64,000 nt of DNA from Gemmatimonadales bacterium (GTDB lineage Bacteria > Gemmatimonadota > Gemmatimonadetes > Gemmatimonadales > GWC2-71-9): the NCBI GenBank assembly GCA_046160105.1, contig JBJXGT010000010.1, positions 42,776 through 106,775 of the forward strand, given 5' to 3'. Below the pieces are notes generated by a model that saw only the letters and a list, made by a program, of their open reading frames with translations, was not told the origin of the DNA and searched no databases. Positions 45,974-54,760 of this stretch are shown piece by piece. A program made the position numbers and the translations under genes. Numbering within the stretch: the first letter of the stretch is position 1; each line of letters opens with the position of its first letter.

Positions 45974-46159
45974 ATGTTGAAACCAACCGTATACGTGCCG
46001 TCGCGGCCGTCGTGCCTGACTCATGTCCGGTGGCGGTTGGCGGAGGCCTCCCTGGAGGCGCTGGTGGCGTATCACCAGCGGGAGGCGGCCCGCGACCAGG
46101 CCCAGGCGAGCGCGACCGCGCCGGAGCCGGTGGTCGCCGGGTCGGCGTCGGTGGACTAG
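45974..46159 (+). CDS. small hypothetical protein (61 aa)
   Basis: GGGAGAGG lies 5 nt before the ATG. Third codon positions are almost all G/C, as in real genes here. No recognisable family. Confidence 0.4.
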   Translation: MLKPTVYVPSRPSCLTHVRWRLAEASLEALVAYHQREAARDQAQASATAPEPVVAGSASVD

Positions 46160-46212
46160 GTGATCGGCCCAGGAGGAGTAACTTCGCAGCATCCTCGGAG
46201 GAGTGTGGAACG

Positions 46213-46935
46213 GTGAGCGAGTTCGACGGCTTCACGCCCGCGGCCCAACGCTTCCTTCGGAGCCTGGCCCGCCACAACGACAAGACTTGGTTCGAGACCA
46301 ATCGGGCGGTCTACGAGACGGCGCTTCGGGAGCCGATGAAAGCTTTGGTGGAGGCCATCGACCTGCGGTTGGCCGGCTTCGCCCCCGAGATCATCGGTGA
46401 CCCGCGGCGCTCGATGTTCCGGATCAACCGGGACATCCGTTTCTCCAAGGACAAGTCGCCGTACAAAACGAACGCTGGTCTGTGGTTCTACCACCAAGCC
46501 GCCGGGCGCGGGGTGGGCCAGGAAGCCGAGGGCGGGGCCGGGTTCTACTTCCATCTGGATGGCTCGTCGTCGTTCGCGGGCGGCGGGATCTGGATGCCAT
46601 CGCGTCCGGCCTTGACCAAGATTCGCGATGCCATCGCCGAACGCCCGGGCGTCTTCCGGCGGATCATCGAGGCCCCGGCGTTTCGACGCCGGTTCGGCCC
46701 GCTCCACGACGAGGCGATGCTGACCCGGGTGCCCCGCGGCTACTCCCCAGAGCATCCCGCCGCCGACCTGCTGCGTCACCAGTCATTTACGGTGGGCCGG
46801 GATGTGAGCGTGGCGGAGCTCGTCTCGGCGAAGCTGGTCGACCGCCTGGCCCGGGACTTCGAGGCCGCGCTTCCGCTGATCCGCTGGCTCAACGCGGCGA
46901 TCGGGTATCCCCCGGCGCGCCAGCGACTCCCATGA
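46213..46935 (+). CDS. DUF2461 (TIGR02453) family protein
   Basis: FTPAAQRFLRSLARHNDKTWFETNRAVYE...SMFRINRDIRFSKDKSPYKTN. GTG at 46213 with GGAGGAG 9 nt upstream. The 175-codon upstream extension of the track ORF is rejected. Confidence 0.8.
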   Translation: MSEFDGFTPAAQRFLRSLARHNDKTWFETNRAVYETALREPMKALVEAIDLRLAGFAPEIIGDPRRSMFRINRDIRFSKDKSPYKTNAGLWFYHQAAGRGVGQEAEGGAGFYFHLDGSSSFAGGGIWMPSRPALTKIRDAIAERPGVFRRIIEAPAFRRRFGPLHDEAMLTRVPRGYSPEHPAADLLRHQSFTVGRDVSVAELVSAKLVDRLARDFEAALPLIRWLNAAIGYPPARQRLP

Positions 46936-47735
46936 CGCTCGCGGCCGATCTCGCCGAGTTCACGGCGAGCCATCCGGTATCCTCGCTGAGGCGGCACGAG
47001 GGCGAGGTGCGCTACCGGGTCAGTGGGGACGGTCAGCCCGCCATCGTGTTGCTGACCGGGGCGCTCGGGATCGGGCACCTCGGCTTCCAGGTGCACCGAG
47101 CGCTGGAGTCCCGGTTTCGGATCCTCGCCCCGGACTATCCGGACACCGACCAACCGGCTCGGCTCCTCGCCGACCTGGTGGCGATGCTCGACGCCGAGGG
47201 CATCGGCCGGGCGGTGATTCACGGGTCGTCGTTCGGTGGGTTGATCGCCCAACGACTGGTCGACCGAGTACCTGACCGGATCGCGGGATTGATTCTGTCG
47301 CACACCGGCCTGGTGGCGACCGCGGGATCACCGGGGTGGCTGCTGGCCTTGGTGGAGCGACTGCCCAAGCGATGGGTCGTGGGAAGCCTGACCAAACGCC
47401 TGCGAGGCCTGATGCGGGGCGCCGACCCGGCCTGGCTCCCCTTGTTCGACAACGGCCTGGCCCGGCTCGGCACCGAGGGCCTTTTCCGCCGACTGCGGCT
47501 GGGGGCCGGGTTGGCCAAGATGCCCGAGCCGGCCGGGCGGTGGCGCGGCCCCGCCCTGCTGATCGACAGCGACGACGATCCGGCGGTCCGGCCGGCGGCT
47601 CGAGCGGCGTTACGGCGGGCATTTCCCGACGCCAGCCAGCACACCTTCCACGGGACCGGCCACATAGCGCCGGTATTGGACCCCATCGGGTACGCCGAGA
47701 TCGTGGCCGCGTTCGCGGCCGGGATCGCCGGGTAG
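46932..47735 (+). CDS. alpha/beta-fold hydrolase
   Basis: Nucleophile elbow HGSSFGG. PAIVLLTGALG...ILAPDYP. C-terminal GTGHIAP (His). ATGA overlap with the upstream stop. Confidence 0.8.
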   Translation: MTLAADLAEFTASHPVSSLRRHEGEVRYRVSGDGQPAIVLLTGALGIGHLGFQVHRALESRFRILAPDYPDTDQPARLLADLVAMLDAEGIGRAVIHGSSFGGLIAQRLVDRVPDRIAGLILSHTGLVATAGSPGWLLALVERLPKRWVVGSLTKRLRGLMRGADPAWLPLFDNGLARLGTEGLFRRLRLGAGLAKMPEPAGRWRGPALLIDSDDDPAVRPAARAALRRAFPDASQHTFHGTGHIAPVLDPIGYAEIVAAFAAGIAG

Positions 47736-47779
47736 GTTCCGGTGTCCGGTCGCCCCCCGGGGGCGGCACCGACCAGCCC

Positions 47780-48211
47780 CTACCGTTCTTCGAGGAGCTC
47801 GGCGAGGTCGAGCGGACCGGTCGTCATCGCGAGTGCCCCATCCGGTCCACGGGGCCAGTCGGCTTCGGGCCGGTCCCAATACAACTCGATACCATTGTGG
47901 TCGGGGTCCGAGAGATAGAGGGCTTGGCTGACCCCGTGGTCACTGGCGCCCTGCAGCGCGATCTTGGCCGCGGTGAGCCGGCGGAGCGCGTCGGCCAGGG
48001 TGGCCCGGGTCGGATAGCGGATGGCCACGTGGTAGAGACCAGTCGATCCGCGCGGCGGCGGTGAGCCTCCCCGGCTCTCCCAGGTGTTGAGGCCGATGTG
48101 ATGATGGTAGCCGCCGGCCGCGACGAACGCCGCCTGCCGCCCATAACGCTGGGTCAGGGTGAAGCCCAGCACGCCGCAGTAGAACGCCAAGGCGCGTTCG
48201 AGATCCGCCAC
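47780..48211 (-). CDS. VOC-family (glyoxalase/bleomycin resistance/extradiol dioxygenase-like) protein
   Basis: DLERALAFYCGVLGF...GGYHHHIGLNTW...GLYHVAI...SDHGVSQALYLSDPDHNGIELYWDRP. The start is uncertain (see findings). Confidence 0.8.
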   Translation of the reverse strand: MADLERALAFYCGVLGFTLTQRYGRQAAFVAAGGYHHHIGLNTWESRGGSPPPRGSTGLYHVAIRYPTRATLADALRRLTAAKIALQGASDHGVSQALYLSDPDHNGIELYWDRPEADWPRGPDGALAMTTGPLDLAELLEER

Positions 48212-48282
48212 CTTGAGATGGACGTGGCCGATGGTGACGCCCGGGTCGATCGGTTCGGTGATCGCCGGCCCGACGCGAGCGC

Positions 48283-48546
48283 TCAGGCGGCCTTCTTCTT
48301 GAGCATGCCAACGATCAGCGGCAACACCGCGCCGATCACCGCCGAGGCGGCCACGCTGCCCCCCGTCGCGTTACCGAGCACGTTGCCCAAGGGGCCGCCG
48401 AGGAGTTGGCCCCCGCCCAAGCCGCCGAGGGCGCCGAGAACGGTGTTGAGGAGTGGTCCGAGGCTCTTGGCCTTGGCGAGCATTCCGCCGGCGTTCCCAC
48501 CGACCGCGCCCGACACGAGTTGAATCAACAACGAAGTCAAGTCCAC
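48283..48546 (-). CDS. small glycine-rich membrane protein
   Basis: AGGAG lies 5 nt before the GTG at 48546. VDLTSLLIQLVSGAVGGNAGG...LGALGGLGGGQLLGG...VIGAVLPLIVGMLKKKAA. Confidence 0.55.
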   Translation of the reverse strand: MDLTSLLIQLVSGAVGGNAGGMLAKAKSLGPLLNTVLGALGGLGGGQLLGGPLGNVLGNATGGSVAASAVIGAVLPLIVGMLKKKAA

Positions 48547-48644
48547 GCTGACTCCTGGCTGGAGGGATCGCACCGGCTGGGGCGCCAGGTAAGATCCCTT
48601 CAATTCCGGCCACCGCAAGGGCCGGTGGGGGCGCCGGGCCCGGG

Positions 48645-48680
48645 ACGGAAAATGAACGAGGGCCGGCTCCCGCCGGCCCT
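48645..48680 (-). terminator. rho-independent terminator downstream of pilC
   Basis: Perfect 10 bp stem GAGGGCCGGC-tccc-GCCGGCCCTC, followed on the minus strand by GTTCATTTTCC. Confidence 0.7.
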
Positions 48681-48724
48681 CGCCCGTTCCTCCCTGAGGT
48701 GTCAGTCGAGTTTGCGGTCGAGTG

Positions 48725-49933
48725 TCACTGGACCGCGTTCACCATGTCGAAGATCGGGAGGTACATCGCTACGACCATGCCGCCGACGACCACGCCGAGG
48801 ACGACGATCATGATCGGTTCCATCAAGCTCAACAGGGCGCTCACCGCGACGTCGACCTCGGCATCGTAGAAGTCGGCGATTTTGGAGAGCATCTCGTCGA
48901 GACCACCGGTCTGCTCGCCGACGGCGATCATCGAGATCACCATGGGCGGAAAGACGGCGGACGTCTGGAGCGGCCCGGCGATCGTTTCACCGCCGGCGAT
49001 CGAGGCCCGCGACTGCATCACGGCATCGTGGATGACCCGGTTGCCGGCCGTCTTGGCGGTGATCTCGAGGCCGTCGAGGATCGAGACGCCGGAGGAGATC
49101 AGGGTCCCCAGGGTCCGGGTGAAGCGCGACACCGCCGACTTGCGGAGCACGTCGCCGAGCACCGGGGCGTTGAGCATCGCGCCGTCGAGCCGTTTGCGGC
49201 CATCGGGAGTGTTGTAGTACTGCCTCCCGAGGAAGAAGATCGCGACGGCGCCAAGGATGATCGCCCACCACCATTGGGTCAGGGCCTTAGAAGCCCCGAT
49301 CACGATCCGGGTGGGAAGCGGCAGCTCCATGTTCACCGAGGCGAACATGCTCTCGAAGGTCGGAATGACGAAGATCAGGAGGACGGCGATGGCGATCACC
49401 GCGACCGAGATGATCACGGCCGGATAGACCATCGCGCCCTTCACCTTGCGGACCAGGGCGTCGCTCTTCTCGAGGAAGGTCGCCAGGCGCAGCAAGATGG
49501 TGTCGAGAATACCGCCGGCCTCGCCGGCCGCGACCATGTTGACGTACAGGTCGGGGAAGGCCTTCGGGTGCTTCCGGAAGGCATCGGCGAGGGTGTTGCC
49601 GGCCTCGACGTCGTAGACGACCGTCTTGACGATCTCCTTGAGCGCCTTGTTCTCAGTCTGCTGCGCCAGGATTGTCAGCGACTGGACCAGCGGCAAGCCC
49701 GCGTTGATCATGGTCGCGAACTGCCGGGTGAAGATGACCAGATCGCGGGTGCTGACGCCGCCGGAACCGGGCATCTTGAAGGCGAGCTGCTTGGGCTGCT
49801 CGCGAACACTGACCAGGAGAAGCCGGTTCTTCTTCAAGTACGACATCACGTCGTCCTTGGAGGGAACGTCCAGCGTTCCCTTCATGATCTGGCCGTTGGT
49901 CGTGTTCTTCGCCGTGTACTCGAATACCGCCAT
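48725..49933 (-). CDS. pilC: type IV pilus platform protein PilC (GspF family)
   Basis: Two GspF repeats: FTRQFATMINAGLPLVQSL and FTRTLGTLISSGVSILDGL. C-terminal PIMIVVLGVVVGGMVVAMYLPIF. Confidence 0.93.
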   Translation of the reverse strand: MAVFEYTAKNTTNGQIMKGTLDVPSKDDVMSYLKKNRLLLVSVREQPKQLAFKMPGSGGVSTRDLVIFTRQFATMINAGLPLVQSLTILAQQTENKALKEIVKTVVYDVEAGNTLADAFRKHPKAFPDLYVNMVAAGEAGGILDTILLRLATFLEKSDALVRKVKGAMVYPAVIISVAVIAIAVLLIFVIPTFESMFASVNMELPLPTRIVIGASKALTQWWWAIILGAVAIFFLGRQYYNTPDGRKRLDGAMLNAPVLGDVLRKSAVSRFTRTLGTLISSGVSILDGLEITAKTAGNRVIHDAVMQSRASIAGGETIAGPLQTSAVFPPMVISMIAVGEQTGGLDEMLSKIADFYDAEVDVAVSALLSLMEPIMIVVLGVVVGGMVVAMYLPIFDMVNAVQ

Positions 49934-49963
49934 AGTGACCTCGTGTTTCGACGTCGTGCGACG

Positions 49964-51154
49964 CTACCTGCGCGCCAGGGGTCGCTCCGTTTTCGACTGC
50001 GGCAGATCGGCGATCGGCTGATCGTCGAGCGGCTTTTCTCCGATCATCCGGAGGAACTCGTTCGGTTCCTGGGCGATCCGGAGACACTCCTCTTTGGTGA
50101 CTTCGCGATTCATGTACAACTGGTAGAGGGCATCGGTCATGGTCTGCATGCCGTGCTTCTTGCCGGACTGCAGGGCCGAGTAGATCTGGTGGATCTTGTC
50201 ATCGCGAATCAGGGCCCGGATGGCGGGCGTCGCCACCATCGTCTCGCAGGCCATGACCCGGCCCTTGCCGCGAGATCGCTGCAACAGGGTCTGGGTCACC
50301 ACGCCCTCGAGCACGAAGGCGAGCTGAGCCCGGACCTGGGACTGCTGATTGTGCGGAAAGACGTCGATGATCCGGTTGATCGACTCGGCCGCCGAGTTGG
50401 TGTGCAGGGTGGCGAGGACCAAGTGGCCGGTCTCGGCGATCGTCAGCGCGGCGGCGATCGTCTCGAGATCCCGCATTTCGCCGACCAGGATGACATCGGG
50501 ATCTTCCCGAAGGGCGTACTTGAGCGCGTTGGCGAAACTCTTGGTGTCGGTGCCGATCTCGCGCTGGTTGACGATGCAGCCCTGGTGCCGGTGGATGAAC
50601 TCGATCGGATCTTCCACCGTGATGATGTGGCTGTGCCGTTCCTTGTTGATCTTGTCGATGATCGCCGCGAGCGTGGTCGACTTACCGGAACCGGTCGGGC
50701 CGGTGACCAGGATGAGACCCCGGGGGCGCTCGGCCAGCTTGGCCATGACCGGCGGGAGGCCCAGGTCCTGGAAGGTCCGGACCTGGAACGGGATCATTCG
50801 GAGCACCATGGCGACGCAGCCGCGCTGCTTGAACACGTTGCCGCGGAACCGGGCCAGGTTCTGAATCCCGAACGAGAAGTCGAGCTCGTCCTCGAGCTCG
50901 AACCGCTTCTTCTGGGCCTCGGTGAGGACCGAATAGGCGAGCTGGAGGGTGTCCTTCGGGCTCATGACGTGATCGACCGACGAATCGGTGATGTCCCCGT
51001 CGATCCGAATCTTCGGCCGCTCGCCGGCCGTGACGTGCAGGTCGGAGGCGTCCTTGTCGATCATCTCCTGGAGCAGGGATCGAAGGTTGAGCCGGTTCCG
51101 GGCGTCGCTCCCAGGGGCCGGCGCGCCTTCGATGCGGATTTCTTGGTCGCTCAT
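49964..51154 (-). CDS. pilT: twitching motility ATPase PilT (with a ~45 aa C-terminal extension)
   Basis: ASDLHVTAG, GPTGSGKSTTLAA, ITVEDPIEF, ILVGEMRDLETI, GHLVLATLHT, AIRALIRDDKIHQI, GMQTM. Confidence 0.9.
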   Translation of the reverse strand: MSDQEIRIEGAPAPGSDARNRLNLRSLLQEMIDKDASDLHVTAGERPKIRIDGDITDSSVDHVMSPKDTLQLAYSVLTEAQKKRFELEDELDFSFGIQNLARFRGNVFKQRGCVAMVLRMIPFQVRTFQDLGLPPVMAKLAERPRGLILVTGPTGSGKSTTLAAIIDKINKERHSHIITVEDPIEFIHRHQGCIVNQREIGTDTKSFANALKYALREDPDVILVGEMRDLETIAAALTIAETGHLVLATLHTNSAAESINRIIDVFPHNQQSQVRAQLAFVLEGVVTQTLLQRSRGKGRVMACETMVATPAIRALIRDDKIHQIYSALQSGKKHGMQTMTDALYQLYMNREVTKEECLRIAQEPNEFLRMIGEKPLDDQPIADLPQSKTERPLARR

Positions 51155-52887
51155 TGCGCGGTCTCCTTGACGACTTCTTCTAGGGTGGTGACGCCTCGGT
51201 CGATCTTCTTCATCCCGTCCATCCGCAGGGTCAGCATGTCGTCCTTGACCGCCTGCTCGCGAAGTTCCGCGACGGAGGCGCCTCGAAGGATCATCCGCCG
51301 GAGCTCGTGGGTCATCGCCATCACCTCGTAGAGCCCAGCCCGGCCCTTGTACCCGGTGCCGCCGCAGGTCTCGCAGCCGGTGCCCTTCATGAAGGGGATC
51401 TGGCGAATCCGGTCGAGATCGGGGCCGATCGCCTTGAGCTCCTCGTCCTTGTACTTCGCCGGCGCCTTGCAGCCGGGGCAGATCCGACGGACCAACCGCT
51501 GCGCAACCACCAGGTTGACGGCCGCCGACACGTTGAACGGCTCGATCCCCATGTCGATCATACGGGTGATGGTGCTCGGCGCGTCGTTGGTGTGGAGCGT
51601 CGAGAGCACCAAGTGACCGGTCAAGGCGGCCTTGATGGCGATGCCGCCCGTTTCCAGGTCTCGAATCTCACCGATCATGACGACGTTCGGGTCCTGCCGC
51701 AAGAAGGCCTTGAGGGCCGCGGCGAAGGTCAGCCCGATGTCGGGGCGGACCTGGACCTGATTGATCCCCATCAGGTTGTACTCGACCGGGTCCTCGGCCG
51801 TCATGATGTTGGTTTCGATCGTGTTGATGCGCTGGAGGGCGGAGTACAGGGTGGTGGTCTTGCCGGAGCCGGTTGGGCCGGTGACCAGCACCATCCCGTA
51901 CGGGTTGAGAATCGCCCGGAGCAAATCGGCCTCGGCCTTGACCTCGAAGCCGAACTTGGTCAAATCGAGGGTCAGGTTGCCCTTGTCGAGAATTCGGAGC
52001 ACGATCTTCTCGCCGAACAGACAGGGCAGGGTCGAGACTCGGAAGTCGATGACCTTGCTGCCCATCTTGAGCTTGAGGCGGCCGTCCTGAGGCACCCGGC
52101 GCTCGGCAATGTTGAGCTGGGAGAGAATCTTGATCCGGGAGATCAGCGCCGCCCGCATCTTGATCGGCGGCTTCATCACTTCGTGGAGCACGCCGTCGAT
52201 TCGGTAGCGGACCCGCAGCTCGTGCTCGAAGCACTCGACGTGGATGTCGGAGGCGCCGCGCTTGACCGCGTCGGAAAGGATGCCGTTGATGAGCTTGACG
52301 ACCGGGGCGTCGTTGATCTGCGCCTGGCCGACATTCTCTTCTTCCTGTTCCTCGACCAACTCGAGATCGTCGGTGAGGCCAAGACCCTCCATGTCCTTGA
52401 GCAGATCGTGGAGCTGCTGCTGCTGGTTGTCGTTGGCATCGTAGTACTTCTCGATCAACGAGCGAAGGGTGTACTCGCCGGCGAGGACCGGGAAAAGGTC
52501 GAACCGGGTGATGAACTTGAGGTCCTGGAGCAGCCCGTGGTCGGTGGGATCCGCCATCGCCACCGTGAGGGTGCGGCCTTCGCGCTTGAGCGGCAGGACG
52601 CAGTGTTTCCGAGCCACGTCCGACGGGATCAGCTTGAGGATCTTGGCATCGACTTCGAACCGGGACAGGTCGACGGCCGGCATCCTGTGTTGGCGGGCCA
52701 AGACCTTGGTGATCTCGACCTCGGGCATGACGCCCATCTTGACCAGGACGTAACCGAGGCGATGCCCACTGGACTTCTGCTCGGCCAGGGCGGCACCAAG
52801 TTGCTCCCGGGTCAGGAGATTTTCCGAAAGGAGAATCTCACCGAGCCGGTCGCCTATGCCGGGGGGTGCCACCACACTCGACGCCAT
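51151..52887 (-). CDS. pilB: type IV pilus assembly ATPase PilB
   Basis: N-terminal T2SSE_N/MshEN-like domain, GPTGSGKTTTLYS, IMTAEDPVEY, the Zn motif CPGCKAP...CETCGGTGYKGRAGLYEV. ATG at 52887; the track start at 52914 is TTG. Confidence 0.93.
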   Translation of the reverse strand: MASSVVAPPGIGDRLGEILLSENLLTREQLGAALAEQKSSGHRLGYVLVKMGVMPEVEITKVLARQHRMPAVDLSRFEVDAKILKLIPSDVARKHCVLPLKREGRTLTVAMADPTDHGLLQDLKFITRFDLFPVLAGEYTLRSLIEKYYDANDNQQQQLHDLLKDMEGLGLTDDLELVEEQEEENVGQAQINDAPVVKLINGILSDAVKRGASDIHVECFEHELRVRYRIDGVLHEVMKPPIKMRAALISRIKILSQLNIAERRVPQDGRLKLKMGSKVIDFRVSTLPCLFGEKIVLRILDKGNLTLDLTKFGFEVKAEADLLRAILNPYGMVLVTGPTGSGKTTTLYSALQRINTIETNIMTAEDPVEYNLMGINQVQVRPDIGLTFAAALKAFLRQDPNVVMIGEIRDLETGGIAIKAALTGHLVLSTLHTNDAPSTITRMIDMGIEPFNVSAAVNLVVAQRLVRRICPGCKAPAKYKDEELKAIGPDLDRIRQIPFMKGTGCETCGGTGYKGRAGLYEVMAMTHELRRMILRGASVAELREQAVKDDMLTLRMDGMKKIDRGVTTLEEVVKETAQ

Positions 52888-53006
52888 GGGCCTTCGGACC
52901 ACTCCAAGGGACAAGGGAACCGATCCCCTTTTGCAAGGAATTGCGCCGAAAAAAACGGGTCGATTTCCTGGCCGGTCGGCACCCCCCGCTGACTACATCC
53001 AAAGCT

Positions 53007-53705
53007 CTACGGAACAATGACTTGCGGTGCTAGCTTCCGGATCAAAGATGGGGTCAGACCGGGGACCTTTTCCAGGTCCTTCATCGACGCGAATGGCCCG
53101 TTGGCTTGGCGATATGCGATGATCGCCTTCGCCCGGCTCGGACCGATCCCCGGGAGGGCATCCAACTCGGGTTCGGACGCCGAGTTGATCCGAACCATGG
53201 CCCCCTTGGCCGCCGGGCCGGAACCAGGCGTCAGCACGACGATGGCGGGGGGCGGCGGCGGGGGCGGCTGGACCGATCGGGCTCGGCCGCTACCGCGCCG
53301 AGTTCTGACCCGATTGGTATCGCCGAGACTGAGGAATGGGGCGACCCTCCGGAAGGTTGCGTCGCCAATGCCCGGCACCGAGTCCAAATCGGCGAGGGAG
53401 AGGAACCCTCCGCGAGCCCGCCGCTCGGAGACCAGCCGGGCGGCAAGCCCCGGACCGACGCCCGGAATCCGCGCCAGGTCCGACGCGGAGGCGGAGTTGA
53501 GGTCGATACGCTCACCCGGGGTGAGTGGCCGGCCGGCCGCAACGGATCGAGCGCGATGGGCCGCCAGATCGGTGGGGCCGGAGGCGGACAGGAGGGTGAC
53601 ACCGCCCGGGGGCGAGTCTGGCTTGGTCGCGACGATCCGGATGACGTGGCCGGCGAGGCCGATGCCGATCAGGATGGCGAGGGCGTGACGTTCTTTGGTC
53701 GACAT
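53007..53705 (-). CDS. comEA: ComEA-family DNA-binding protein with two helix-hairpin-helix modules
   Basis: N-terminal TM. Module 1: DLNSASASDLARIPGVGPGLAARLVSERRARGGFLSLADLDSVPGIG. Module 2: INSASEPELDALPGIGPSRAKAIIAYRQANGPFASMKDLEKVPGL. ATG at 53705. Confidence 0.85.
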   Translation of the reverse strand: MSTKERHALAILIGIGLAGHVIRIVATKPDSPPGGVTLLSASGPTDLAAHRARSVAAGRPLTPGERIDLNSASASDLARIPGVGPGLAARLVSERRARGGFLSLADLDSVPGIGDATFRRVAPFLSLGDTNRVRTRRGSGRARSVQPPPPPPPAIVVLTPGSGPAAKGAMVRINSASEPELDALPGIGPSRAKAIIAYRQANGPFASMKDLEKVPGLTPSLIRKLAPQVIVP

Positions 53706-53763
53706 GGCGACCAAGGTAGGGTGGGCCCGCGGAACTGAATAACCAAATTGTGCCGAGATGGGA

Positions 53764-54681
53764 TCAATTCGCCGCTTTCGCCTCGCGGATCACCGCCATC
53801 GCCACGTTGCCGACGGCCGCCAGGACCTCGGCGCTGAGCTTGTCGGGGGTGTCATCGGCGGTGTGCCACCAGGGATAGGCGCTCGAGGGCCCGAAGTCGC
53901 CGATGATGTTGATGGCCCGAATCCCCGCCTGTTGAAGGGGGACATGGTCGTCGGTTATTGCGCCACCCGATTCATTGAGGAACAGGTTGCCGTGTCCCAC
54001 CCGCGCCGCGGTGCTCCAGACCAGGTCCACCACACCCGGAGCCGCCGTGAGGGAGTGCCCCTCTTTGCGGAACTGGGCGTTCTTGCCGCCGACGATGTCG
54101 AGCAGGATCGCGAATTCGGGCCTCGGCCCGGGCGCGGGGTTGGCGGCGTAGTACTTCGAGCCGAGGAGGACGTCGACCTCCGGGGTGAAGGTGCCGTAAT
54201 CCTCGGCGTCGACGAAGAGGAGATCGACCCCGATGGTCGGGGCTCTTTTCTTCAAGGCGTCGGCCATCGCGAGGAGGACGGCCACGCCGGAGCCGCCGTC
54301 GTTGGCCCCCGGCACCGGCAACTTGGCCCGGGCGCCGGTGTCGTAGTCGGCGAGGGGCTTGGTGTCCCAATGGGCCAGGAAGAGCAACCGCCTGGTGGCG
54401 GCGGGGTTGAACCGGCCGATGAAGTTCCGCAGCAACAGGGTATCGCCTTGGGCGTTCCGGTGCCGCCACGCCTGGACGATCACGGTATCAGCCCGTTCGC
54501 TGAGCTGCGCCTGGATCCACTCCCCGGTCTTCCGATGGGGCTCGGTCCCGGGGATCCGGGGCCCGAACTCCACCTGGGTGGTGGCGTAACCGAGGGCGGC
54601 CTGGCCGTCGATCTCCGGGGCGGGAGGCGGGGTCTGGCAACCGACCAGGGCGGAAACGAGCAAGGTCAGGCGAAGGCTCAT
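53764..54681 (-). CDS. M28-family metallopeptidase lipoprotein (glutaminyl-cyclase-like)
   Basis: Lipobox LVGC. LFLAHWDTKP, GANDGGSGVAVLLAMA, LLFVDAEDYG. Confidence 0.8.
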   Translation of the reverse strand: MSLRLTLLVSALVGCQTPPPAPEIDGQAALGYATTQVEFGPRIPGTEPHRKTGEWIQAQLSERADTVIVQAWRHRNAQGDTLLLRNFIGRFNPAATRRLLFLAHWDTKPLADYDTGARAKLPVPGANDGGSGVAVLLAMADALKKRAPTIGVDLLFVDAEDYGTFTPEVDVLLGSKYYAANPAPGPRPEFAILLDIVGGKNAQFRKEGHSLTAAPGVVDLVWSTAARVGHGNLFLNESGGAITDDHVPLQQAGIRAINIIGDFGPSSAYPWWHTADDTPDKLSAEVLAAVGNVAMAVIREAKAAN

Positions 54682-54760
54682 CCGAGGGGCCGGGGGGTGA
54701 GGTTCCCACCAGTGTAAGGCCGGCCAGGCATCGGGCCAAGGGCGCCGTTAACTTTCCACC

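Noticed and set aside
52932-52948. Sigma54-like sequence CGGCGC-aattcc-TTGCA upstream of pilB (minus strand).
   Set aside because: The spacer is 6 nt rather than 5 (GG-N11-GC), and the -24 element lacks the TGGCAC core. The spacing is essentially invariant in real sigma54 promoters.
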